Part shown: piece after piece, positions 1-10,785 of the stretch
How positions within the stretch are numbered: the first letter of the stretch is position 1
Layout: each line of letters begins with the position of its first letter
From: a virus
Length of the DNA stretch: 64,000 nucleotides
Strand: one strand, 5' to 3'
IMG/VR virus record: IMGVR_UViG_3300033156_000775
Location: 43,030-107,029 of that record
The notes under the pieces: model-generated
Told to the model about the DNA's origin: nothing
The model's database searches: none
The model's input: only the letters and a program-made list of their open reading frames with translations
Translations under genes and position numbers: made by a program

Positions 1-2
1 GA

Positions 3-491
3 GCATTAAAGACAGTTAAGATTATTCCTAAAGCTTCCTCTGGGAAGTTGAAATATGACATTAACTCAGGGTTCAGAGCTAGAATAATTATTAACGCTGA
101 TACAATAGGACCTGATGTTGGAGCTGAGTTCCAAATATCCATTGGAAGTATGAATGTGTCATCTTACTCTTCTAACTATTATGGGTTCAGATTGAAGGAA
201 GATGGCACTATAAACATTGAGGTAGGGAGCTCAACTGAGAAGTGGTACAATTCAGTAGCTATGGGTACATATGCTGTTAACGATACAATAGACCTGTGGG
301 CCATCTACGACAAGGAAAGTTACAAGATGTACTTCTTCAAGGATGGAATTATGAAGTTCATGTTTAGTGAAGTCACATTGGATACTAACATGTTACCCTT
401 CTATTTATATGCTGTTACAGGAAGCAGTGCCACTGGAGGAATGAGCATAGCTGTTGAGGGACTAAACATCATCCAGGGGTGGAAAGCATGA
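3..491 (+). CDS. Virion/tail protein, C-terminal part (frame open to window edge), beta-rich lectin/ConA-like
   Basis: Frame open from position 3; S/T/Y/G-rich beta-strand pattern; upstream of tail fibre. Confidence 0.45.
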   Translation, partial: ALKTVKIIPKASSGKLKYDINSGFRARIIINADTIGPDVGAEFQISIGSMNVSSYSSNYYGFRLKEDGTINIEVGSSTEKWYNSVAMGTYAVNDTIDLWAIYDKESYKMYFFKDGIMKFMFSEVTLDTNMLPFYLYAVTGSSATGGMSIAVEGLNIIQGWKA

Positions 492-697
492 AAATAACAA
501 TTGAAAGGGTTGATCCTGAGGAAATAATTAGGGAGATAGTAGGGAGTATCCCATATCATGTCAGGAAGTCAGGTAATAGGATAGAGATCAAAATTGAAGA
601 TGCTGACGCTAGAACACTAAGTGTTGTCCGGACTACACTTAGAGACAGGATTAAGAGGAAGCTCCCTAGAGGATGGAAAGTGAGGATTGATGGGTAA
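488..697 (+). CDS. Small hypothetical protein; contains a palindrome copy (VVRTT)
   Basis: ATG at 488 overlaps upstream stop (ATGA). Confidence 0.5.
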   Translation: MKITIERVDPEEIIREIVGSIPYHVRKSGNRIEIKIEDADARTLSVVRTTLRDRIKRKLPRGWKVRIDG

Positions 698-848
698 TGC
701 CTATAACTTCCCCAGTTAGAGTAGTAAACTTTGAAATGCTATTGCTATTATCATCCCTAAATATAGAAGAAGGGTTCCCTAGCCTGAGTGTTTCAAGCAG
801 GAATATAACTAATCATCAGATACAAACTTTTGGGGAGGTCAATATTGA

Positions 849-3800
849 ATGATTGAACTGATACGAAAGCATCTTTCTAGTTTCTTAAGACCAATTGTAG
901 AGGAGATTATAACTGAGGGGATTCAAATTGGTACACATACGATTTATTTAAGACCAACCTACATTGACATGCAAAATAATGCTTTAAAGAAAATTGGAAC
1001 CTTGACTTTTGGTACTGGTGAAGATACTAATCTTTACAGGTCAGGAGTAGATACACTGAAAACAGATGATACCTTCGAGGTAGCTGGAACAATCAAGACT
1101 GATATTATTCAGAACTATTCATCTGGTGATATTCTCCTCAAGGCGTTAACATCAGCAGATCTTAGAGTCCAGAATATGGGAGTAGTACTAGATAACATAG
1201 TGTCTATTGGATGGTATAACAATGCGGGTACCAAGATAGAACGTATTATTAGTTTGGATGAATACGACTCATTTGTTATCAGAGGAGGATCTCCTGGAAT
1301 CAGTGACAACTCTGTTAGATATGTTTCATTTGACATGTTAGGGAACACTACCTGGAACCAAATATGGCGTATTTGGGATGAGACTCCAGCTGATACAGAT
1401 TATTCAGATCCAGGAGCTAGTAGTGACTTACCTAGTGCTGGAGCTTCTTATGCAACTGACATAGTTAATATCTATAGAGATTATAAGAGAGAAGGAGGAG
1501 ACTTCTCTACATACATTAAGCTGTTTCCAGCTAAAGCAGAGTCTAAGACATCAGCTCAGATAAGAAAGTCCCCTCTATTGGTATTTATATCTAGATACTG
1601 GGATGGATATCAGAGTCAAGATGCAGAAGCTAAGATGCAATTTGAAGTAACGACTACTAGCCCATTAGCTGCTAATTTCTATTTGTCTCTATTAGGTACT
1701 ACTGTTCTAAACATCAATTCAGCTGGTAATCTTACTCCTGGAACTCCTGATTCACAGGATATGGGTAATGATGCCAGTAGATGGAGAGACCTATATCTGT
1801 CTAGAACTCTGGATATTGAATTAGATAGTTCCATAGGTGACGGAGATGACTATATAAGAGTAAAACGTAATGACTTAGCTTCTGATGAGCCTGTGTTCTG
1901 GTTACATGAAGAGCAGAAGTCTGGAGGAGGAACTACTGATCAGATAACTCATCTACAGGTAAGAGGTCCGTTACATGCCTATGTAGCTAAGGATGTATCA
2001 GCTGATAGCTTCTTTACTCCGTATATAGATTTAGCTGATGTTAATTGGTCATGGGCTTTGGGACTAGGTGCTAGTGGTAATACAAGTGGAGATACTACAT
2101 GGCTATATTTCTCATGGGTATATGGTACTGGTAGCTATCAAGAAATAGCTAGGATAGATAATGCTGGTTTTCTACAGATACGGAGTGGTATAACGACTCT
2201 GTTAGGAGGAACTACTTATGTTCCTACAGATCAAGTGCCATTGTATATAGCAGTTCAGTCTTCTCATGCAGCTAATTTAGCTGAATTCTGGACTGGTAGT
2301 AACAAAGTCTTCTATGTAGCTAACGATGGTAATCCTACGATAAATCATGCATCATCTCCATCTTTGATAATGCAAGTAGGTGGGACTGATAAATTTAGAC
2401 TAACATTTAATGGTACAGATACGCTTCTAGATGCTGTGACTGGAAATATCTATGCTAATGCAAACTTACTCCCTTATGGTTCTTATAGCTTAGGTTCTTT
2501 ATCTAGTAAATGGCTTAACGCCTTTCTCAGCGGATACGCTGACATAGGATCTCTAAGAATAAGTGGAACCGAGGTTTTAACAAGTGGAAGAGTTCTTCAG
2601 AACGTTTCTGCTGATGCTGGAATAATTACAAGTGGACTTTTTAATGTAGCAAGGATACCTGACCTAGATGCTTCAAAGATAGTTTCAGGAGTCTTCGATG
2701 TTGATAGAATTCCAAATTTAGATGCTTCTAAGATTACTTCAGGGGTTTTTGACCTAGTTAGGATTCCTTCTATCGACTGGACAAGGATGCCTTTCGATGA
2801 TTGGAATGAATTGCTGGCACAATTAGGCAATACTGTCGGAGACTACTTGAGCCTAAGCTATCTTCAGATAAACGGTTCAACTGTTTTAACCAGCGGTAGA
2901 GTATTACAGAATATCGCTTCAATAGCTCAGAGTTTACTTTCAGATGGGGATAATACGAGAGATTTGGGCAGTTTAAGCTATAGATGGCGAAATCTCTACA
3001 TCGGAACAGATATTTACTTAGGTGGTGATATTCGTGGAGATGGTCAAAATGCTATTATTGATCAAGTAGATGGTTCAAATGCCTACTTCCACTTTAGAAG
3101 CTATACTGGTTCTGGTAGCTACGTTAATGCAGCTTACTTAAATGCTGGAAAATTTGTCATAGCTGCTTCAGGAAACATACTTCCAGCTTCAACCCGAACA
3201 CATAATATTGGGACTCCAGACTTGAGATACTATGATCTGTTTCTAGGTCATTCACTAAACATAGAGCTCACAGGATCGATAGGAAATGGTAACAACTACA
3301 TATCTGTAATAAGATCAGACTTAGCAGCTGATGAACCAGTATTCTGGTTACATGAAGAATCCATAGAAGCTGGATCTACAGACCAAATCACTCACTTACA
3401 AGTAAGAGGACCAGTTCACGCATATATCAACAAGGATGTTAGTGTCAATATTAGCTACACTCCGTATATAGATGTAGCAGATGCTAACTGGAGCTGGACA
3501 GCTGGTCTAGGAGCTTCAGGTCCATCATCTTCAGATGATACATGGTTGTACTTTAGCTGGGTATACGGTACTGGATCATACACTGAAGTAGCTAGATTCG
3601 ATAAAGATGGATTCTTACAAGTAAAGAGTGGAATAACAACAGTACTTGGTGGTTCAGTAAGTGTACCAACTAGTGTAGTCCCATTGGATATAGAAGTTCA
3701 ATCCAGTCATGCAGCTGATATCATGAAAGTAGTTAGAGGAACAAGTACAGTTTTTGAAATAGGTCAGTATGGTCATATAATAATGAACACTACGAGTACT

Positions 3801-4124
3801 TCAGTAATTCCAATCAATGTTAATGCTCCCTCTGGACAGGCAGCTGACTTACTGAAGTTATCAATAAACAATGCTCCTATGTTCCAGGTTAGTAAAGCTG
3901 GTGACATTACAGTACAGGGACAAATATATGTTCCTAACATGGCTACATCAGACATATTTGATGACATTGAAATAATTAAGAACATAAGATCAAAACCAGA
4001 TGGTACTATAGATCCTGAGTCACTACCAGAGTTCTATAGAACTGGGAATGGAGTTAATCTTGTAAGGCTGGTAGGTTTATTACTTGGTGCTATTAAACAA
4101 TTATTGGGGAAGATAGATGTCTGA
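849..4124 (+). CDS. Tail fibre / receptor-binding protein with internal duplication and C-terminal chaperone-like (S74-type) segment
   Basis: 1091 aa, G/S/T-rich; DASKIxSGxFxxxRIP repeats; duplicated block DEPVFWLHEE...WVYGTGSY; C-terminal GVNLVRLVGLLLGAIKQL. Confidence 0.8.
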   Translation: MIELIRKHLSSFLRPIVEEIITEGIQIGTHTIYLRPTYIDMQNNALKKIGTLTFGTGEDTNLYRSGVDTLKTDDTFEVAGTIKTDIIQNYSSGDILLKALTSADLRVQNMGVVLDNIVSIGWYNNAGTKIERIISLDEYDSFVIRGGSPGISDNSVRYVSFDMLGNTTWNQIWRIWDETPADTDYSDPGASSDLPSAGASYATDIVNIYRDYKREGGDFSTYIKLFPAKAESKTSAQIRKSPLLVFISRYWDGYQSQDAEAKMQFEVTTTSPLAANFYLSLLGTTVLNINSAGNLTPGTPDSQDMGNDASRWRDLYLSRTLDIELDSSIGDGDDYIRVKRNDLASDEPVFWLHEEQKSGGGTTDQITHLQVRGPLHAYVAKDVSADSFFTPYIDLADVNWSWALGLGASGNTSGDTTWLYFSWVYGTGSYQEIARIDNAGFLQIRSGITTLLGGTTYVPTDQVPLYIAVQSSHAANLAEFWTGSNKVFYVANDGNPTINHASSPSLIMQVGGTDKFRLTFNGTDTLLDAVTGNIYANANLLPYGSYSLGSLSSKWLNAFLSGYADIGSLRISGTEVLTSGRVLQNVSADAGIITSGLFNVARIPDLDASKIVSGVFDVDRIPNLDASKITSGVFDLVRIPSIDWTRMPFDDWNELLAQLGNTVGDYLSLSYLQINGSTVLTSGRVLQNIASIAQSLLSDGDNTRDLGSLSYRWRNLYIGTDIYLGGDIRGDGQNAIIDQVDGSNAYFHFRSYTGSGSYVNAAYLNAGKFVIAASGNILPASTRTHNIGTPDLRYYDLFLGHSLNIELTGSIGNGNNYISVIRSDLAADEPVFWLHEESIEAGSTDQITHLQVRGPVHAYINKDVSVNISYTPYIDVADANWSWTAGLGASGPSSSDDTWLYFSWVYGTGSYTEVARFDKDGFLQVKSGITTVLGGSVSVPTSVVPLDIEVQSSHAADIMKVVRGTSTVFEIGQYGHIIMNTTSTSVIPINVNAPSGQAADLLKLSINNAPMFQVSKAGDITVQGQIYVPNMATSDIFDDIEIIKNIRSKPDGTIDPESLPEFYRTGNGVNLVRLVGLLLGAIKQLLGKIDV
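2600..2775 (+). repeat. Three tandem 19-aa tail-fibre repeats (DAxxIxSGxFxxxRIP)
   Basis: Visible in the translation of 849..4124. Confidence 0.8.
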
Positions 4125-4695
4125 TACTGAAGTTTATTATTACGTAGCTCAGACAAAATTCATGCAAGTAGATCTACTTAAGAATGGTTCTTTCTCAGAT
4201 GGTACTTTTAACAACTGGGATTACCATAGTAAGTTGGATATCGTTAGTCCTGGTTATGATGACGACTATTGTGTTGCCAGACAATGGGATTCGTACTATC
4301 ATTATTACAGATCGTTTCTTATTTATCAATATGTTTCTTATCCTCCTGGTAGCGTATCACAAGTCAAGGTAAGAACTATTAGGATGAATGCTTGCTATTT
4401 CAGAGTATTTTACGAAGATGGTTCTGGAGATCAAGTGACGGTAGGACTTACGAGCTATTGGTCTACAAATAGTATTGCACCGAATCCAAATAAGAGAATA
4501 ACGAGAATAGAGCTTTATGGCTATACGAATTCAGATTATCAAGGAAAAGCGGACTTGTTTGAAGTTGTATTGGAACCTACTGTAATGAAACGGGTACGAT
4601 GGGCAACTTCTGACTACCACTTATTTTATGCTGATAGTGGAGGAAAATCAGTATCTTACAATGTTAGTGACTATCATTTATACAGAGAACCTTAA
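4117..4695 (+). CDS. Putative virion protein with carbohydrate-binding-like domain
   Basis: LLKNGSFSDGTFNNW motif typical of CBM-like jelly rolls; overlaps tail fibre stop. Confidence 0.5.
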   Translation: MSDTEVYYYVAQTKFMQVDLLKNGSFSDGTFNNWDYHSKLDIVSPGYDDDYCVARQWDSYYHYYRSFLIYQYVSYPPGSVSQVKVRTIRMNACYFRVFYEDGSGDQVTVGLTSYWSTNSIAPNPNKRITRIELYGYTNSDYQGKADLFEVVLEPTVMKRVRWATSDYHLFYADSGGKSVSYNVSDYHLYREP

Positions 4696-4735
4696 AATAG
4701 GAATTTCCTTTATTCTGAAAAGGAGGTGTATGAAT

Positions 4736-4957
4736 ATGAGTAGAAGAATACCTCAGGTACGGGTAAATCCCAACTCAATAGAGTATTGGAAGGAGAAAGT
4801 ACTTACAAGATCAGTGTCTCTGGACTTAGCTATTAGAGAGTTCTTTGAGGCTCTGAACTCATACATGAGAATGGTAGAGGAAGAGCTCACTAAGCTAAAA
4901 TCTGAAAACATTGAACTAAAGAATAAGCTTAAGGAAAAGGGAAAGAAATCTAGGTAA
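4736..4957 (+). CDS. Small coiled-coil protein
   Basis: AGGAGG at 4721 before ATG 4730/4736; heptad pattern. Confidence 0.5.
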   Translation: MSRRIPQVRVNPNSIEYWKEKVLTRSVSLDLAIREFFEALNSYMRMVEEELTKLKSENIELKNKLKEKGKKSR

Positions 4958-4967
4958 GTGAGTGCTG

Positions 4968-5510
4968 ATGGGAAGGCAATGCAAAGTCTGCTATTCGTTG
5001 CATAGGAAGGAGTATGAGGAGCTACGCTTCCAGAAGTACCTGAAGCTGAAGGAGATCCAGGAGTACGCATGGAACAAGTATAGGGAGAAGCTGTCCATTG
5101 GGACTCTTTCTAGACACTTCAGGTTCCATGTTGAAGAGATACTGCATGCTCAGATAGAAGCTTCTAGGCTTAGGGCTGATGTTCTAAGAGAAGAGATACA
5201 CAAGGACATTAGAGTGGCTAGGGCACTGAGGGAGAACCTAGAGATTCTAAATGAGCAGCTTAGCAGGGTAAGTGAGCTTGACAGTCCAGACCAACGTAAC
5301 GAGGCTAGACAGATCATAGCTAAGATAAACGACACTATTGAGCTGCTTCTAAAGTTCTCTGACAAGATAAAGCTTGAAGAAGCAGGACCTAGTGAGGATG
5401 AGATCTTTGATAGAGTGGTGTATGCATTGGAGCCTCTACCTAATGAATATGTTATAGAGTTTAAAAAGAGATGGGACGAATACCCAAAAGTTAAAGGGAA
5501 GAAGCAATGA
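4968..5510 (+). CDS. Putative terminase small subunit
   Basis: CxxC, HTH-like LSIGTLSRHFRFH, helical C-terminus; overlaps TerL start. Confidence 0.55.
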   Translation: MGRQCKVCYSLHRKEYEELRFQKYLKLKEIQEYAWNKYREKLSIGTLSRHFRFHVEEILHAQIEASRLRADVLREEIHKDIRVARALRENLEILNEQLSRVSELDSPDQRNEARQIIAKINDTIELLLKFSDKIKLEEAGPSEDEIFDRVVYALEPLPNEYVIEFKKRWDEYPKVKGKKQ

Positions 5511-7811
5511 AAGATGTAGTCCGGACTATATATGAAGTCCCGGGTAGTGTTAAGTTCCAGCTGTTCTTATGGTACAAGGACCCAGTGCTCTTCTTCAGAG
5601 AAGTCTTCAATGTAGAGCCATACAGCTACCAGAAGAGAATCCTCAAGGAGTTTGTGAACTTAAAACGGATGATGATCTCAGCTGCCTCAGACACTGGTAA
5701 GACACTTCTGCTAAGTGCACTAGCGTTATGGTCAGCTCTGGTAAAGTCCTTCATAGAGGACATCAAGTATCAAGTTGTGATTCTAAGTGGCTCCAGAGAG
5801 CAAGCTGAACGGCTATATCAATACACCAGGGAAGCGTTGATGTCTAGTGAGGTGCTCTACCCACTTGTGGTTAAGGAAAGAGGTAAGCCTAAGATCCTCA
5901 AGAGCTACGTTGAGTTCATCAATGGATCATGGATAAAGACATTTGCCAGGGCACTGACATCAATCCAGGGTGTACACGCACAGATGGTGATTGTTGATGA
6001 GGCAGCTCTTAAGGAGCTGGACTTCTTCATCAAGGATACTCTGAGAATATCCAGAATATGACCCTAAGAAATGTCCAGATGGATGGAGGAGATATCACTG
6101 GAGTGCCGATGAATGTCCTAGGACCAAGAAAAAGCTAGAAGAGGCTAAGACACTGGATGAGGAGACATTCTCAATATACTATGAGGGGAAGCCATACAGC
6201 AAGGACCCAAACAAGGTTGTACCTATACATCTAATCAGAAGACAGTCTGAAGGTATCAAAAGATTCAAAGTAGATCCAGCTAACAGAGCTGGACTAATCA
6301 TCTTCGGGGTCGACTACGGATCATGCTTTTCAGAAGACACTCAAGTCCTGACTAATCATGGATGGAAATATTTCTATGAACTAAACCCATCCGACCTAGT
6401 TCTAACTTTGAATACTAAAACATTAAAAGCAGAATATCAGAAACCAAAGAAGATTCATTCTAGATTCTATTCTGGAGAAATGATATGGATTCATTCTAAG
6501 AATCTTGACATACTAGTGACTCCACATCATCCTATTCCCTTTCTTGATAGAAACAAGAAGAGACTCCATTGGCACTTGGCTTTCGAACGGACTACACATG
6601 ATTATCTAATTAGGAAAGCTCGGTTTTCAGGATATAAACCAGATTTTTGGGAGATTCCTGAATATTATAATGAATACTGGTGTGGACATTACCATTCAAG
6701 TCATAGAGAATATTTCAAGCCAAAGCTAAAAGTTCCAATTGAAGATTTCCTTAGGTTACTAGGCTGGTATCTATCAGAAGGTAATATTTTCAAAGAAGGA
6801 TTTTACATCTCCCAGTCTAAGCTGAAACACCCAAAATATTGTGCTGAAATCAGTGCCTTACTCTCTCGACTTGGGCTAAATGTTGATTATAATTTCAACA
6901 ACACTACTAAAGGCGGATACTTCAGAGTTTTCTCGATGCAGTGGAGACAATATTTTGCTCAGTTTGGAGAAAGTGAAGAACGATTCATCCCAGAAGACAT
7001 TAAAAATCTAGATGGTTCTCTCCTAGAAATCCTTCTTGAGACCTTGATGAAGGGAGATGGTGCCAAAACTGGTTTTTACTACTGGACGGATTCAAAACAA
7101 TTAGCAGATGACCTGCAGGAGATAGCTTTAAAGACTGGTAGATACATCCCTTGGATAAGCTCCAGGATCCGTAATGGGAAAGTAGAATACTCTGTACATA
7201 TGAAGCAGACAGACTCTAGCCCTAACAAGAAACATTACGATGAAGTCAAATATTCTGGTAAGATTTGGTACATAGAAACTGAAAATCAAACATTATGTGT
7301 ACGAAGAAACACTAAACCAGTATTTCTACATAATACAGCTGGGACGATGCTAGCTATTTTGCATAAAGTCGGTAAAGAATACCATCTCATAGATTTGCTA
7401 GAATGGAAAATGCAGAAGTACGATGACGTACAGGACTGGATAGAGTCTGTAACTGAGCTCTATAAACCGGACTACATATTTGTAGATGCACTGCCTAAGG
7501 GAGAGTCTGAACGCACAGTTGACAGGCTTGGACAGAAGGGGTACACTGTGACTCCAGTGTTCTTCTCTCAAGAGAAGTCTAGGTACCAGACTAGGATGAG
7601 AAGTCTATTTAGCCTTGGACAAATATGGATTCCAGAATCGTTTGTAGACCTTCTAGAAGAGTTAAGAGCGTATGAGTGGACTACCAAGAGAGGAGATGAT
7701 AGAGTAGTAGCTTTGATGCTAGCCCTGATTGACCCTGAACCTTCAGAATCACAGTCGGTATTTGGGATAGCTGCAAGACCAATCTCCAGACCACTCTCCC
7801 ATCGACTGTGA
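5507..7811 (+). CDS. terL: Terminase large subunit, frameshifted near 6050, with intein
   Basis: Walker A-like AASDTGKT and Walker B VIVDEAA in 5507..6061. Second frame open 6045..7811 with nuclease GVDYGS/TAGT, IFVD and GDDRVVALMLA motifs. Confidence 0.85.
6324..7334 (+). mobile_element. Intein with LAGLIDADG homing endonuclease in TerL nuclease domain (337 aa)
   Basis: Starts CFSEDTQV after GVDYGS; block B VTPHH; LLGWYLSEG and LMKGDG motifs; ends VFLHN followed by Thr. Confidence 0.92.
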
Positions 7812-7961
7812 TGCCCGGACTACACTTCAGCATCTCCACCCCCTTCCTTTACGATACACCAAACATTCCAACCCCAATAGAAACTAAACACCATTCATAT
7901 AATAAGAAGAGAAGGGAGAGAATTCTATTCGTTTAAAAAAAAAGATATGGAGATCCTAAGG

Positions 7962-8375
7962 TTATTCCTTTTCCCTCCATACATGGATATAGCCGATTAG
8001 CTGAGGGTATTCATATAGATCGTTATCGTCAAGCTCTATATCTTCAATGAAGAACTTATCGTTATCCTTAATGTCCTTAGGCATCAATGCCTTTAATGCT
8101 TCTCTAATGTTATCGTCAGTTAATAGATCAGCTATCTGGTCTTTATCCTGAAGGGTCAAGCTATCATCAAGCCACTCTATAGGACTCATGCAGTTGTTTA
8201 TGTCCTCAATGATCAAATCGATAATGTCCCTAACTGTTTCTCTATAGGTCACTGAGACACCGAACCTTATGCATGCAACCACATTAGGATCTACAAAGCT
8301 ATGCCCATGGCCACTGTAGAAGTCAGCATATCCCACATAATCGATAACTGCCTCCAAGCTATATCTTCCTCCCAT
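7962..8375 (-). CDS. Acidic hypothetical protein
   Basis: ORF with GGAGGTGG SD; T-run terminator downstream (A-run at about 7934-7943 on +). Confidence 0.6.
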   Translation of the reverse strand: MGGRYSLEAVIDYVGYADFYSGHGHSFVDPNVVACIRFGVSVTYRETVRDIIDLIIEDINNCMSPIEWLDDSLTLQDKDQIADLLTDDNIREALKALMPKDIKDNDKFFIEDIELDDNDLYEYPQLIGYIHVWREKE

Positions 8376-8482
8376 ATTTCCACCTCCTTATACATTTTAT
8401 ATGAGCCTGTCTACCACCCTTAAGGTTTACACTATCATCAAAATGTGTAGGCTTCCCACAAATCACACACCTAGCCAATCCC

Positions 8483-9223
8483 CTAATCCTCCTTTATGGT
8501 TGATTCTAAGATGAGCTTCTCATGCTGAAGCTCATCTATAACTCTAAGGATCAGCTTAGGGTTATGGTTATAATACACTTCACAGACACCTTTAATCAGC
8601 TCTAGAACTTCAGAATTATCCAAGCTCATTATTAGATCTAAATTGCAGTACACCCATTTTTTAATGTTCACAAATGTCTGTTCAGCTCTAGTGTTATATG
8701 GTCTTTTCTGGTTTTTAGGATATACGACTAGAGTTATTCCTATCCTCTCAAGGGCCTTAGCAACCTTCATTAAAACCCTATCTGAACGTAGATACTTGAT
8801 ATTTTCCCCAGCATCTAGAGCTTTTTGAACCAAGAATAACACTTTAAAGCTATTTTCAACTCTACCGATCCATAAATGATACACTACCCGATTAGTCTTA
8901 ATGTTTCTAATTGTGCCTAAAATTATGCCCTTTAAGACTTTTCTAGAATGATGTTTATCAGCTATCGAACCGTTAGTTATCGGTCTGGTGAAGTCTAAGA
9001 CATGAGTTATTTTCTCAATAGGGACATGATCATTCAGCTTCTGTTTCTGATGTGGATTATGCTTATCAAAGTCTCTTTTAGCTTCATAAGATTCAGCTTT
9101 AAGCAACCAATTCTTAATTGTCTGATGTGACACATTGTAACACTTAGCTATAGCCGTTAATCCAAAGTTGAGCTCATGAAGCATTTTTATCTCATTGATC
9201 TTTTCCATTTTTCCAACCCTCAT
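8483..9223 (-). CDS. HTH + DDE integrase/transposase-core (rve-like) protein
   Basis: N-terminal HTH (IAKCYNVSHQTIKNWL); VLDFT...LRSD...PYNTRAEQTFVNIKK fits D-D-E spacing. Confidence 0.6.
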   Translation of the reverse strand: MRVGKMEKINEIKMLHELNFGLTAIAKCYNVSHQTIKNWLLKAESYEAKRDFDKHNPHQKQKLNDHVPIEKITHVLDFTRPITNGSIADKHHSRKVLKGIILGTIRNIKTNRVVYHLWIGRVENSFKVLFLVQKALDAGENIKYLRSDRVLMKVAKALERIGITLVVYPKNQKRPYNTRAEQTFVNIKKWVYCNLDLIMSLDNSEVLELIKGVCEVYYNHNPKLILRVIDELQHEKLILESTIKED

Positions 9224-9443
9224 TTTTTGGTTATTCTATAGAGGAATAACCTAATAAGACTTTATATTATGCACATATTAGGAAGCTAATATTTTATAAC
9301 CAACTGGAATATTTCCACATGAGATTATGGCTTTAAGGCTTTACACAAAGCCTTAAAGTATGGGGAGAGCTCAAGCCCAACCCCCAGCCCCACCTCAAGC
9401 TCAAAGCTCTTAAAGAAAAGGAAAAAGTAAACCGCACTACATC

Positions 9444-9458
9444 CAAAATCTTATATAC
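9444..9458 (+). promoter_or_regulatory. Putative archaeal BRE/TATA promoter
   Basis: CAAAATCTTATATA upstream of ORF 9511 in a divergent intergenic region. Confidence 0.45.
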
Positions 9459-9510
9459 ACCATACGCACATAACTAAAAACCACAAAAGAAAAGGAGGAA
9501 TGAAACAGAA

Positions 9511-9708
9511 ATGGTTTATAAATCGAGAAATCCCCTGTTTAGAGACTTAACCGATGAGGAGGAGAAGGAGTTTAGAGAATCCGCTGAAAGCTTCTGTCAA
9601 CATGGCTTTTCGCTGTATAGTGAAGTATTGAAGGCAATTCATCCAGTGGTACGGAAAGAGATCATTAGGGTTCTGGAAGAGAGTCTTAGAGAGCAAGGGG
9701 AATTTTAG
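9511..9708 (+). CDS. Small hypothetical protein
   Basis: GGAGGA SD, ORF. Confidence 0.6.
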   Translation: MVYKSRNPLFRDLTDEEEKEFRESAESFCQHGFSLYSEVLKAIHPVVRKEIIRVLEESLREQGEF

Positions 9709-9727
9709 GAAGTAAGGAGAAACAGAA

Positions 9728-9952
9728 ATGAACCGTAGAGAAATTAAGGAACGTATAGAGAGGATAAAGGGGAACATTGAATACCTAGAGAAGAACCGTA
9801 TCTGTGAAGAAATGAAGAGGCACAACAGAGAACTTTATGAAACATCAGAGGAATTTAGAAACATGGTTAAAGGGCAAAAACACCTAGAGGATAACGCACT
9901 CAAAACCTGGGATTTAGAGATCGAGAGATTAACGGAGATGCTGAAGAAATGA
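9728..9952 (+). CDS. Small coiled-coil hypothetical protein
   Basis: AGGAGA SD, ORF. Confidence 0.6.
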   Translation: MNRREIKERIERIKGNIEYLEKNRICEEMKRHNRELYETSEEFRNMVKGQKHLEDNALKTWDLEIERLTEMLKK

Positions 9953-10155
9953 GGAAGCTGGTTAAAGGGATATATCTGATCTCAAACTCCAACAATGAAA
10001 CGATTATAACTTTGATACCTGAGAATCCCTTTAGCTATGAGAACACCAAGAAGATTCTAGACATGAATAATGAGACTTCAATTATTCTCCAACACCACCG
10101 TAAAGGCGGTTTACTCTACGAGTACACAAACACAGAACATAAAACCACACCATAG
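9949..10155 (+). CDS. Small hypothetical protein
   Basis: ATGA overlap with previous gene. Confidence 0.5.
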   Translation: MRKLVKGIYLISNSNNETIITLIPENPFSYENTKKILDMNNETSIILQHHRKGGLLYEYTNTEHKTTP

Positions 10156-10310
10156 AGAACCTAAGCTTTATACCATATCCCTATTTTTTTCTGTTTACTG
10201 TTAGTGTGTGGTTGTGTTGGATGCACTACAGCTTTATTATCAGATTTATAGAAAAACCCTTATGCATCCCATATTCCAAAATGTAAAATAAGGGAAAATA
10301 ACGATAATTA

Positions 10311-10328
10311 AGGAAAATATTTATATAC
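10311..10328 (+). promoter_or_regulatory. Putative BRE/TATA promoter
   Basis: AGGAAAATATTTATATAC about 40 nt upstream of ATG 10368. Confidence 0.5.
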
Positions 10329-10367
10329 CCCCATGCCTTTTTCTTTGAGTCAGAGGATCGGGGAGAA

Positions 10368-10742
10368 ATGAGCGGAAAATTACCGATTCTTATAAACGGT
10401 CAAGAACTTGAGTCCCAAGAGGCTCAAGAGACTGTTAGGCTGGAGATCCCCCTTAGCGTACTAGAGAAGTTTTACAACGATGTTCTTCATATGGAGATGC
10501 CTGTCAAACGAGCTACTAACTCAAGAGGCAACACCTATATAACGAATAGGAAAAGCCTCTTAGCACCGTTTCAAAGCTGGTTATTTGCCACTATTGAAGT
10601 GTGGTCTGAAAAGGGAAAAGTAACATTAGCCGTCAGGTCCCCAAAGAAACAAGCTAAACAACCTAAAGAATCTAAACAACCTAAACAAGCTGAAGAAGCT
10701 GAACAAGCTGAAGAAGCTGAACAGTCCGAATCTAATCAATAA
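10368..10742 (+). CDS. Hypothetical protein with low-complexity KQP/EEAEQA tail (9-bp tandem repeats at about 10646-10725)
   Basis: ORF; repeats visible in DNA. Confidence 0.65.
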   Translation: MSGKLPILINGQELESQEAQETVRLEIPLSVLEKFYNDVLHMEMPVKRATNSRGNTYITNRKSLLAPFQSWLFATIEVWSEKGKVTLAVRSPKKQAKQPKESKQPKQAEEAEQAEEAEQSESNQ

Positions 10743-10743
10743 A

Positions 10744-10763
10744 TCCCCTCTTTTTTTTTTTTA
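10744..10763 (+). terminator. Oligo-T terminator
   Basis: Long T run immediately after stop. Confidence 0.55.
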
Positions 10764-10785
10764 TCCTCTAAAGTTGTGATGGTTT

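Noticed and set aside
1780-3770. Diversity-generating retroelement TR/VR pair
   Set aside because: Both copies are in frame, differences are not adenine-specific, and no reverse transcriptase is in the window
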